Assembly: GCA_048013815.1 (NCBI GenBank)
Contig: CM106585.1
Location: 12,710,001-12,774,000 of the forward strand
DNA: 64,000 nucleotides
Origin: Setoptus koraiensis
Taxonomy: Eukaryota; Animalia; Arthropoda
Reading direction: 5' to 3'
Shown here: piece by piece, positions 13,896-25,639 of the stretch
Position numbering within the stretch: the stretch's first letter is position 1
Layout: every line of letters starts with the position of its first letter
Made by a program: the position numbers and the translations under genes
Notes under the pieces: generated by a model
What the model saw: the letters and a program-made list of their open reading frames with translations, nothing else
What the model was told of the DNA's origin: nothing
Databases searched by the model: none

Positions 13896-15957
13896 ATGGG
13901 TGACGTAGCCACCGAACAAAAGCCAGAAAGTGTAGAAATTGATAAGAATAACCAAAACGGCTCCGAACAAAAACAGGAAGCAGTCGATGCAACCGTTGAA
14001 CAACAAACCAAAGAAGAACCTGCGCCCAAAGAAATAAAGTCTGTTGTGTTGAATGGTATAGGTGGCATTTTCGGGATCAATTCTCAACTCAAAAATCAAA
14101 TTAAGGTTCAAAAGAGACCCGAACCTACCCCTGCCGATGGGGAGGTGCTCATCCGAGTCAAGTCATGGTGAGTAGAACTCTTTTCATCTTGTGAATCATC
14201 ATTAACATTCTTCTTACACACATGACTATCTATACCCTAGGCTGTCTTCATGTTACTCATCTGTGACTATCCCTATTAATTCTTTTCCGTGTTGGTTCCG
14301 TATTCTAGCGGTCTAAGTTTCGCCGATATCCTAGCGAGACAAGGATCATTAAATGGAGATTCTCTTCCCAAACCTCCATATGTGATGGGATTTGAGTGTG
14401 CTGGTCAAATTGAGGAGCTTGGGCCAAACTGTGACGAGTTTCAATTACAAAAAGGCGATCAAGTTGTTGTTCTCGCTCCATTCGGAGCTCTGGCAGAACT
14501 CATTAATGTGTCGGCCAAATACGTATACAAACTACCCTCGTTTCTGGATTGTCACCAGGCCACCGCAATCACCCTGAATTATGTCGTAGCTTACGCTCTT
14601 CTGATGGATGTTGCCTGTTTACGACCAAATCAGACAATCCTTGTGCACAACATCGGCGGGGGAATGGTAAGTTATGGCGATCATAGATAGTCTAGTTATA
14701 TGCGCCTTTCAGCTAGGCCTCCATGAAATCAGCCACCATATGGAAGCATATGGATCGACAAAGACGAGCTTATACTTGTGCGCGCTTATTATATGTGTTT
14801 ATTTTTTCATATATACACAGACAACGTTACGTTTGTCACGTAGCTATATAATCATGGCACACATAACACTCCTCTTCTTTCGCCTGCTAGCTATCTATGA
14901 CATGATCTCCTATGAGCTCTAGTTTTCTATAATCATCCGTGTTGAAGTCCGGTTGATTTAACCCTTCTTTTATTTCGATTTCCCCCCTCTCATCATTTAA
15001 TAGGGTCATGCTATTGCGCAACTCGTCAAGTTGGTTGATAATGTCACCATTATAGGCACGGCCTCAAAAGCCAAACACGAGAATTTAAAGGAAATCTCCA
15101 ACCACCTTCTAGATTATAACTGTGACTTGCTGGCTGAAGTGAGAAAGTAAGTATCGCTCATTCTTTCTATTATGCAATGGCGGGCATTATTTAGGGCAAA
15201 CCTTTCACGACACATTATGTGATGCTGACTTTCTTTTTCCTTCTATATTTACCTTAACAACAGGATCTCTCCTGAAGGTGTGCACGTCGTCCTGGATTGT
15301 ATCGCTGGCGAAGAATTCTCAAAAGGCTTCTCATTGTTGAGACCGATGGGCAGATATGTTGTCTGTGGCAATTCATACATGGTGACAGGAGAAACTAAAT
15401 CTATTTTCAACACAGCAAAGACCGTAAGTATCCTCACTTATCTATGCTAATGTTGCATCTCGCGAAATCCCAACATTGTTCTCTATTATTCAACTAACAT
15501 CAACATTCTTTTCTTCTCTGTGCAGTGGCTTAAAACTGACAAAGTATCTCCCTTACGACTGTTTGAGGATAGCAAGACCATTTCTGGATTCAACCTACGC
15601 AATCTCTTGTTCAAGGGCCAGCATGAATATGTGAGAGAACTGGTTAATAAAGTATTCAAACTATATGAAGAAGGTAAAATCAAACCAACCATCGATTCCA
15701 CATGGGCTTTTGAAGATGTTGCCGAGGCCTTGCAACTACTAAGTGAACGTAAGAATGTAGGTAAAATCCTCGTGGATCCTGCCGCAGAGCCCAAACCTAA
15801 GCCCAAAGTTGAAGAGGTGACAGACAAAAAGAAAAAGAACTCCAAGGAGGAGAAAAGTAAAGACAAGTTAGACAAACAGAATTCTAAAGATTCTGTTGAG
15901 GCGGCCCAAACAAATGGAAACAGCAATGATAATGAAGAAGCTAAAGTGAATGAGTAA
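13896..15957 (+). CDS. VAT1L: Synaptic vesicle membrane protein VAT-1 homolog-like (MDR/quinone oxidoreductase family), 454 aa. Exons 13896-14167, 14309-14666, 15004-15146, 15264-15423, 15526-15957
   Basis: GEVLIRVKS|CGLSFADILARQG, PYVMGFECAG, HNIGGGM|GHAIAQL, LRPMGRY, IKPTIDSTWAFEDVAEALQLLSERKNVGKI. All four introns are GT-AG and phase-compatible. Confidence 0.92.
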
Positions 15958-16304
15958 TTTGACCCTTAATTTACCAGCACCAAACCAGGTGATGTCAAAT
16001 ACGGTCATTCTGTTTATGGACCAATTTATACAATGTTCATTACACTTTTATCAACAATTTTATCTTATTGGAGATTATTCAAGCCATAACGCACCCTAAC
16101 TAATACTTCTCAGTGCGATAATAAAAATTGTCAATAGCAAATCAAGGTAAATCAGTTTTGAAGGAAGACGATGATATCAAACATATTGTGCTTTCGTCGA
16201 AACTAACTGGTTTGAATCTTCAACTTTGTTAGATTATTTTACTTTTACATTTATTTCAAGGCAACATTATTATTTAAACTGGTAACAAATTTATTTTGGA
16301 CTAA

Positions 16305-17978
16305 TTAGTACTTGCGAAAGTTCAAATCAGCGGCGCAAGCTTTGCACGCCAACAATTTAGGATGCACACTATTCAGTAGGGTGCCTGTAATTAGAAAGAG
16401 TGTGGTGGAATGATATACAAATTGATGATTAGTTAGAGCATAGTACATAGTTACGCCTGATGAAGGCCTTGATAGGATCACACGTTACTACTTACAGTTG
16501 GGACATCTGATCATGGTCTCCTGTTCTTCCCGGGTAGCTCCACATATATCGCACGTCTTAGTCCTAGATGGATTATTGTATGTACACGATTTGCAAGACC
16601 ACAATCTTGGATAGATGCCGTTATCAGACAAAATGTCGTCACAATTGGTCGGTAATTGACTAGAACTAGTATGATCAATAAGATCCTGGTTGCGGGCTTT
16701 AAGATTGTGAAGGCTTCTTGTCTTATAATTATCATAGTGACCTTGCATATTGGTTAGTATGGACGATTGCTCAACTGGAGAGACGTTGTCGTATATACTA
16801 TAACGTCTTGTGTCTGCTGTCTCTCTGCTGTATTGAGAGGGTGGCCTTCTGTTAATCAGAGGTTCCTTATCGTTGTGCGGCACATCAAATACATTAGCAG
16901 GATTTGATGATTGGGGATGATCTATCAAGGCACCTTCATGACGAATTGGATGAATTATCGTCGTTGTTGTTCTCGCACGTTGTAGTGAAGCGTTAGCAGT
17001 AGGATCGTCTAAATAATTGGCCGACACATAAAATTTACTGTTTGATTTAGGTTGCTTGTGCGACGTTTTGCTAGTTCCTGGACCCCCAGTATTTCTGATG
17101 ATTTGCGCACTATTACTATTCTCGGTATCCATCAAGGATGTCACCAGGGAAACACTATTGAGTTTGTTGTGTATATTGAAAGCTGAACAATCGGAAAGCA
17201 GTTCCAGTCTTTGTCTATAATAAAATTTTATCCAAGATTTATAGTTAACGTGTACTGTTTGTTTAGATGCAGAAATAGATTTGAATAATCTAGAGTTCTC
17301 ATAAACATCTATGAGGTCTTGACATATTGTTTCCGCCAAGAGACAGTCAAACATTATTGACGCAACAATATCAATGCTTTTTTGTGAGCATTTAAAATCT
17401 TTCAGTTCCAATGTATTATCCACTAGTTGATAGCCTACTCGTCTGAATATATTGATACATTTATCTCGACACAATTGTGACAGTATGAGTGATCTGAATT
17501 GGCCACCATAAGTGTAAATACGATGATACTCCTTGATCCATGGCCAATTAATGAGATTCATCAACATGGAAGCTATTAATTTGAAAGCTTTCTTTGCTCT
17601 GTAAGGATCAAAATGATCCAGAAATGCCATGGAATCATGTAGGCATTGTTTAGCATCACTGGTATTCCACAATAGATTAGTCAAAGGTATACGTGCATAG
17701 TAATCATAAAGTAACTTGAGTATTTCTTGTCTTATATCATCATTATCTAAAATAATATAATGATGCTTGGACGGTTGTTGTACAATAAGTTGTCGTTTAA
17801 ATAAATTTTCGGCCTTTGTTCTGAGTTGCAATGCCTTGCTCAAAGTTTTCGAATTGACAATAAAATTGTTTTGATTATTAACACTCTGATAGGGGGATTC
17901 AGATCGGGCATTCTGTTGCTGTTGTTGCTGCTGTTGTTTGCCACCTCCTCCGTTGGTATAATTAGTGAGCATCATCAT
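16305..17978 (-). CDS. tamo: SPATA2/tamozhennic-like protein (PUB-like domain plus two RanBP2-type zinc fingers). Exons 17978-16496 and 16384-16305; possible extra upstream coding exon ending at 18471
   Basis: NLINWPWIKEYHRIYTYGGQF is SPATA2-PUB-like. WSCKSCTYNN..CDIC is the first finger. Splicing T|GTAAGT..TACAG|GC completes a second finger, CPNCTLLN..CKAC. A phase-1 exon at 18594-18471 would join in frame at CAG|17992. Confidence 0.8.
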
Positions 17979-19958
17979 ATTGACAGCTTCTTCTGTCGTA
18001 GCTAGTGGGATCGGCTGAACTCTTGCTCATGCTTTTTTGCAACACCACTTTTTTGCATGCACACGATATAGGTTTGGTATAATAATTAGTGCCAATAATT
18101 AAATAATTAAATTAAATAAGAATAATATTAATAATGATATTGATAATGTTAAATGCGTTTTGATGTTGCTCGTCCGAACGAATGCTTGTTCTCCTGATTG
18201 CAACACTGACAAGCTATTTGTCAGCTAGTATTTCGTCATCGGCGCATCGAATGATTTTATCTACAATATTTACTGTATGTGTATTACAATATAATAATAG
18301 CGAAACCACAACAATAGAGAATGATTTCAGTTTGTGCTATATAATGTTGTAGTGATATTATAATAAAAAGTAATAATAGTACATCGGCGACCTGATTAAG
18401 ACGATGTTGATGCTGATGATATTGACGATGATAGAGGTATGCGGTTGAATGTTGCGATAATGCAATGTACCTTGCACTAGCATAGGTACTGGCAGTAGCG
18501 GTTGCTGTTTTCCTAATGTATCAACAGCGGCAGCACCATCGGCGACAGCAGATGCAGTTGCAGTTGTTGTTGTTGTTGTTATTGGCATAGTCATAGAAGG
18601 GTAGTGCAAGCGAACGAAAGAACGACAATTGTAAATAAACTTCATTGACACACACAGAGCGAAAGTTGTTCTGTGCACTGTCGTTGTTGCACCATTATTC
18701 TTCATGGTGCAACAGCATCACTATGGTTATAACTGTGCACTCTGTCTGTGCACCGCGATGGTTGGTGCACACCAACAATATAAAAACAGCAACACAAAAT
18801 GGTGCGCACTATTTATTTGTATTGGCTGGCTGCACCAAAATTCGCAGCTGCATTTGGTTTTTCATGTGTTCATGCTATTGCATCTATCTATTTTATTGGA
18901 TACAAACTCCATCTCTTCGATAAATGAGAAACTGGCACACACTCTTACACAGCTAAATTCGATTTCACTCCGTTCTGTTCGAATCTTAGAATTCAATTTT
19001 CGATTCGAATTTCGAAACTTTCTCAGAATGCGCCTTTCACTCTTTCATGCACCTTGCTTGTTTTTGCACCTTGTTCTTTACAACCCCCGCAAATAAAAAG
19101 AAACACCGAAGCTGACGCAACAATGTTTTACATACATTCTACCAATGTCATCAACATAATTGCCTTGGTTCCATCTTGGGCAACTCGACCAAGTTTCGCT
19201 TCGCCTCTATCTGACACGATTTCCGCTCGTTGACAAATGCACGTTCGGCTCTAATGATTTGACCTGGCACCATCGATTCAGTCGGATTCAGTTGTTTGGT
19301 TGTGTACAGTGTACAGTAAGTTGTTTCACTTGCAGCAATTATTTTTTACAAGTTGTTTCCGCGAATCAGCTAGATTTCCAATACCCAACACAACATCCTA
19401 TGTTTGGCGCTGATTGGTTTCAGTCTAACGCGTTCCAAACCATAGATTGGCACTCAATTAGAAATATGGCCGAAATTTCTAAAACTACTCCTCTTGCAAC
19501 ATACGATCTGAATGGTCACAATACAAACAATTCTCACTCCAGAGCGTAGATTTTCTAAGATATAGGTGTAGCCAAAGTTCGGTTAGTTACAAGTTGTAAC
19601 TTACAAGGCGAGAGGAAAATATAGCCACAAATTCAAGCTATTACCCTAACCCTTGAAAAGAATCCCATGAATACATGTAATCGTTTTTAAAGCTCAGAGT
19701 TGGAAAGTGCCCCCAAAGCGGGACCACACACTGAAAGAAGAGTCGCCAAACATCACAATAGATGACATTTGTTAGATGCACGTACTAGTATTGATTGTTC
19801 ATTTGTCTCGACTGGCCAAGAACTGACGCACGATTGGCATGGTTCCTGAAGAGCTTCTACTTTGAGAGCTATGACATCGAACGTTATATCAGAACTAATG
19901 ACCAATAATCAGAATAGACGATACACAAGTTTCGCTGTTCTGCGAAGAACTTCATAGC

Positions 19959-19989
19959 CTTGGTCAATATTTTTCGAATATTGACCAAG
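19959..19989. repeat. Perfect 13-bp inverted repeat with 5-nt loop
   Basis: CTTGGTCAATATT-TTTCG-AATATTGACCAAG. Confidence 0.9.
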
Positions 19990-20164
19990 ATGTTTTGTCC
20001 TGTAAGATTCCGCAAGCAATCGATCAAAAATTGTGTGTTGCGAAAAAGATCCCTCAAAAAGAAGAAGATCCTCTTAGATTTCATTCGAGGGAGATGTTGT
20101 TGCCTTTATTTGATGGCTTATCTGTTTACATTTCATTGTCATCTCTATGCAGCAAAGGTTCTAC

Positions 20165-20664
20165 NNNNNNNNNNNNNNNNNNNNNNNNNNNNNNNNNNNN
20201 NNNNNNNNNNNNNNNNNNNNNNNNNNNNNNNNNNNNNNNNNNNNNNNNNNNNNNNNNNNNNNNNNNNNNNNNNNNNNNNNNNNNNNNNNNNNNNNNNNNN
20301 NNNNNNNNNNNNNNNNNNNNNNNNNNNNNNNNNNNNNNNNNNNNNNNNNNNNNNNNNNNNNNNNNNNNNNNNNNNNNNNNNNNNNNNNNNNNNNNNNNNN
20401 NNNNNNNNNNNNNNNNNNNNNNNNNNNNNNNNNNNNNNNNNNNNNNNNNNNNNNNNNNNNNNNNNNNNNNNNNNNNNNNNNNNNNNNNNNNNNNNNNNNN
20501 NNNNNNNNNNNNNNNNNNNNNNNNNNNNNNNNNNNNNNNNNNNNNNNNNNNNNNNNNNNNNNNNNNNNNNNNNNNNNNNNNNNNNNNNNNNNNNNNNNNN
20601 NNNNNNNNNNNNNNNNNNNNNNNNNNNNNNNNNNNNNNNNNNNNNNNNNNNNNNNNNNNNNNNN
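20165..20664. other. Assembly gap (500 N)
   Basis: Run of N. ORFs spanning it are artefacts. Confidence 1.
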
Positions 20665-21008
20665 CGAACAGATGTTCTGAATACATTGTATACACGTAAC
20701 ATGAACGACATTCACTGTACATTATTCTTCATTTGTTGGTCGACCAACTTGCATTTACCCAACAATTGTGCGACTATTATCATACGATTGTCAAGGTCTC
20801 AACCATTATTATCACTCAATATTCACTGGTCACTATTATGATAAGCAGATTGACGATTTTAGGACGATCTGGTAAGACTAGATTATTAGGATTTTTTACA
20901 ATAACACAAATTAGTTAGACAGCCAGATGTGAAACAATTTTAAGCTTACATTATACAAAAAATAAATCACAAATTATTTATTAGATTTTTTATGGCATTT
21001 AATCGGAC

Positions 21009-22193
21009 ATGAATATTAAGTTGACCAGAAGAGCCCTATTCGTGTTAGTGGCACTGGTGGGCACACTAACAATATCATTCTATCTGTGGCTGAACTTACA
21101 AGCAACCACGGACACTCACAGAATAGCAAGTCCATTACATTCTAGCAAACCATTATCGAGAAGGAAACCTACTCTAGATGATAAGGCCATATATATTGGC
21201 TCAGGACCATCGTTGATAAATTTAGGAGATTTATTAGCTCATTGCGTTGTGGCATTGAGGTATGCGGGTAGACAAGTTGTTGAAATAAGTGAACAAGAAT
21301 TAGAAATAGGCTCTAAAGGGAAAACATTGGAGGGCGTTGATGATGTTATAACGCAAGCCGATCAAAAATCTCACAGGAAGATAGTTGAACTTTTGAGTGA
21401 TGCTTACCCAAGACTGAGGCTAGTTTCCGAAGAGGATGATTCCTTTCTTACTGACAAATCTGTGCATGACAAGAAGAATAAAAAGAATATATTGTCTGTT
21501 GATCGAATTGAATTATCACAGCAACTAAGCATTGAGAAAGACAACATAGGCAAGTCAACCCAGATCTCTTTGGAGGATACTTTGATTTGGATAGATCCAT
21601 TGGATGCTACTAAAGAATACAGTGAAAAATTGAATCATTTTGTAACACTTATGGCTTGTGTGGTGCACAATGGTAAACCTATAGCAGGTATAATATATAA
21701 GCCATTCCAGAATGAGACCTATTGGTCTTGGAACAATCCCACAGACTACAAAGCACATTTGTCTACTGATTTAAAACATATCTTAGAGGGCTCCAGGACA
21801 AATGTGAATAAATCAAGCAAAGAGAATCAAAACATTAATATAATAATTAGCAGAAGTCATGCTGGAAATTTGGAACATATAATCAACGAGTCAGCCTATG
21901 GCGCATCGGCAAAAGTAACGACGGCTGGCGGCTCTGGCTACAAGACAATTGAGCTGATATCCGGAAGGGCTGATGCTTATGTCCACATGACTAGAATCAA
22001 GAAATGGGATATTTGTGCTCCAAGTGCAATCTTGAGCTCTCTGAAGGATTCTAAATTGACTGATTTGCGCGGACATGCTATACGCTTTGATAATCCTAAA
22101 GAGAAAATTGTCGATTCTGGAGTGATAGCGACCACAAATGCCCGTTTCCATGATGAGCTTATAAGGATTATGAGCACCAGCAACAACTTGTGA
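21009..22193 (+). CDS. IMPAD1: Inositol monophosphatase 3 / Golgi PAP phosphatase, intronless, 394 aa
   Basis: N-terminal signal anchor. IMPase motifs VITQAD, LVSEE, IWIDPLDATKEY, AGGSGYK and KKWDICAP. Confidence 0.93.
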   Translation: MNIKLTRRALFVLVALVGTLTISFYLWLNLQATTDTHRIASPLHSSKPLSRRKPTLDDKAIYIGSGPSLINLGDLLAHCVVALRYAGRQVVEISEQELEIGSKGKTLEGVDDVITQADQKSHRKIVELLSDAYPRLRLVSEEDDSFLTDKSVHDKKNKKNILSVDRIELSQQLSIEKDNIGKSTQISLEDTLIWIDPLDATKEYSEKLNHFVTLMACVVHNGKPIAGIIYKPFQNETYWSWNNPTDYKAHLSTDLKHILEGSRTNVNKSSKENQNINIIISRSHAGNLEHIINESAYGASAKVTTAGGSGYKTIELISGRADAYVHMTRIKKWDICAPSAILSSLKDSKLTDLRGHAIRFDNPKEKIVDSGVIATTNARFHDELIRIMSTSNNL

Positions 22194-23320
22194 TAGTTTT
22201 AATGTGTTTTATTGATTAAAATTCTTATGTTATAAGCCGGGTCAGTGTGCACGGAAATTATTCCATCGGGTCGTTGGGTATGAAAGCCTGCAGTAGGTGT
22301 AGACGTGAGCATTGGCCAGAATGAGGACAGTCAATCAAAATCCAAATTGAATCTGGCACAGATAGCTGATAGAGTATGTTGAATTGGGACAGACAAAAAA
22401 AAATCGCAACAATATGGCTTTCTATTACAGAAGAGCGGCTTCGTTGGCAGGGCATCTGAGGATGGTACCTCTTCTGTCATGAGTGGGAATTTTCTGTGAT
22501 CCGCTGATTGGCGTCTGGTGGGCATATCTGGTGTTCTATTGATAATACGGGATATAATGGATGCAAATGTTGAGAGCAAGAATGGCAAGATCTAATGGCG
22601 AGACTATACTTACGTTACGGCGACGCCAGCAGGCAATGGGTGTGAGATGATATCGGTCTGACTGATCGGCCTAAAAAGAATGATTGAGCAAGCGTTTGCC
22701 ACACAGAGATAGCAAGTCGGCTGGCTATATTCACGCACAATCATAAGTTTCAGGTCAACAAGAGGACACTGTTTATTACACTGCTGGTGTTGCTGGCTGG
22801 TCGTCTGGTGTCGTCTATTTGTCGTCACGGAGATCTCTAGGTGTGTCGGGCCACGTTGTTGTTATATTACACTAATATTTACTGACTGAATATCGTTGGC
22901 TTGAGAGTCGTATGTGGACAGACTGGCTATCAAGTGGCAATTGTTTGTTCATTTTATATCTCCGCCGGACAAGGCAATAGATGATAGAAGGATGTGAGAA
23001 CAGATTAAACATGATGATTTAACTAATGGCTCGTCTGGCCGTCCATGCCTTGCTACAACTACGCCAGTAGTTGGTGGTAGTTGTTGTAGTTGTTGTAGTG
23101 GCAGTAGTGGCAGTAGTTGCAGGCTTGTCGGCCATTGTCGGCAAGGAGTAACACACAGTGAGTCTGTGTGTCTGGCCCGACTTCACTGCATGCACTGCAT
23201 ATTCACCACATATGTATTATAGGCTAGTGCCATACTACATCTGTTCTGTGCGCAGACTTGATTTGCTGCTTGCGCACAAGTAGCGTGCTATCCATCTGCT
23301 GCATTGTTGCAGCGGCATGA

Positions 23321-23323
<3 letters not shown>

Positions 23324-23365
<42 letters not shown>

Positions 23366-23374
23366 GTGTGTGTG
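23324..23374. repeat. (GT)n microsatellite
   Basis: About 19 GT units, one interruption, then 4-5 more units. Confidence 0.95.
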
Positions 23375-25639
23375 GAATGGCAGCCACACACACTTGACTT
23401 GCCAACCAAAGCCAAATTGCATTTTCTGTGCGTGCACTCAACTTGCACACCCGACCTCGGTGCACAGAATTGACCATTGCACCGGGTTGGCGTGGTTCAT
23501 TTCCATCGTTATTTCTCGTGCAAAAGGGGGCAGAAAAGAGACACAAACAAAAGAAAAACAACAAATGTTATCAGTGCACGGCATGCTAACTGGCTCGCCA
23601 CGCGAATAGCCACCAATGCAAGCAACAACAACAATATTCTTGCGGCCAACTAGCTAGCCCGGATCGCGCCGGCTCCAAGTCGCGCCCAGGGGCCCGACCG
23701 GCGGTCTTGCGATTCTCGTGCCCCGACAGACACCGCGGGTCAGTTCGAATTGAAAAAATTACTTTTATTCAATCGATAAGAGGCCCATTCGTTCCACCAA
23801 AAATCTAGTCCACTCTGCTTCCGGGTCGCGGCGCGATTCGCGCCCTTCCTCGGCGCACAAACCGCGGAGACACCGCCGATCGAAAGCCTATAAAGGGTTT
23901 GCAGTGCGGTTTTCCGGTTGAACTTTGGCCGAAGGCCAGTTGCTGTTACATGCGCTCCGTCATTGTGAACACACACACACACATTACTACAGTGTGGAAA
24001 TCTGCCGATAACTTTGGATGCAGTTCAAGAAAAAACCGCTCGAGGTCGCTTTTTGTACACGCATTCTTCGTGCGTAACATCGAATGAGCAGTCGAAAAAC
24101 AAATCAACAAGAAAAAAAGAAGAAAAAAGGCAACATTTATCGAGACACTTCAAGCTTTTCAGTGCATTTTTAGGCTGACGCGAGCGCCTCTGGCGTCTTT
24201 CCCTTGAACTTCGGCCAAAGGCATCGGCAGATAGATTGCACAGTAAACGTACAACAGAACACGTGATTACATAATGCCGCCCGTCGTCGCATAAGCATGC
24301 GCTTACGACTCGTAAGTTACGAGTGCATGCGCTCGATGCTGGTGATGCGACCCACCGAATGTGCACGCAACAGAACGAGCGCGCGTTTTGAACCTGCCCA
24401 CAAGTTCCAGTTGTGAGTTCAGCGCCGAGGGAGACTCGCTCCCGTGCGCTCCGCGAGCGCAACTTGTGCTCGCCTAGACACACCCAAAAAGCCAGCTTGC
24501 CACAGAGCAGTTCGGCGAGAGCGGCGACCGGCCCGGCGACCGGCCCGGCGATAGCCGGCGGGACCTGTCGAAGGAGACAGTGTCCTCCGAACAGGGAGGC
24601 GGGCCGAGGGGAGCAGAGGGGAGTGCTGCAACAAGCAACTGTGCACCACTGACCACTGACCACCGACCGCTGACCATTGGCCAGAAGTCAATGGTCATCG
24701 GATGGAATTATCCATGTAAATAGTGTGAAGGGTTGCAGGATTGGCGCCGATCTTCATCCGCCATCTTGTGAATCTTGTCGTGGCGGCGATGATGCCCGAA
24801 CACACAACTAAAACACATTTTTTGTTCACGAAATGGCGGACAGCGCGTGGTCAGTTGGTCAGTTGCTCGGTCATCGCTCTGTTCGTCTTCTTTCTAATCC
24901 TTCGTCCATCCGTCAATGATCAATCATACGCCATCAGCTGTTTAGTTGTTTGTGGTTGGGCTTGAGTGCATGTTGTTGTTGTTGTTGTTTGCAGTGCGAA
25001 ACTTCTTTCAGCGAACACAACCAAAAAAGTAGCGCCAGCAACCGCCCGATTGTTCTGTTGTGAGACTACGAGACTATCGGGCGGGCAAGCGAAAACTGTG
25101 TTCGCTTGTGAGAATCGCTTGTTTCACATTTTGACTTGTCCGAAATCCGTTTCTATTCAACGGCTCACCGGTCCCGCCAGAAGCCTGATTTGGGACCGAC
25201 AATCGCGCCCTGAATGTCGCAAACGGCCTGTGCGTTGCCGATGCACGCCCGATGCCCGAGACTCGATCATTCTATCAATCAATCATCGATCACCTCCCAG
25301 GTGACACTCACCTGATCGATGCTCGCTGATCATCATCGTCATCACAAATATTCACCAGTCTCGGGTGACAATCTGTCGGTCCAGCAGTTCTGCCCGCAAC
25401 CAGTCAACTAGACAACCCGAAAGGTGCCCTCACACTTCCGCTAATGGGGCCACTTGACCCCGTGGTGACTTGGTGCCTCGCAGCAGCCAACTACAGTGTT
25501 ATAAATCAATTTTATTTTAGTTCATTTTATATTGTAATAATAATCAATAAATACAACTACTTCTCCTTCGTCCTATGTCCATCATCATGTGTAACTAGTT
25601 AATCAAGATATTGCGCTGCCTGTGGCTACCTCTCATCGG

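Noticed and set aside
19960-20841. Long ORFs in the supplied track
   Set aside because: They stay open only because they cross the 500-N gap.
23020-23135. Minus-strand MADKP.. micro-ORF reminiscent of a beta-thymosin start
   Set aside because: It continues as poly-Thr with no LKKTET motif and has no compatible splice into downstream exons.
23224-25304. Overlapping ORFs including a 212-aa minus-strand ORF
   Set aside because: They are driven by GC-rich tandem repeats and (GT)n, and their composition is not protein-like.
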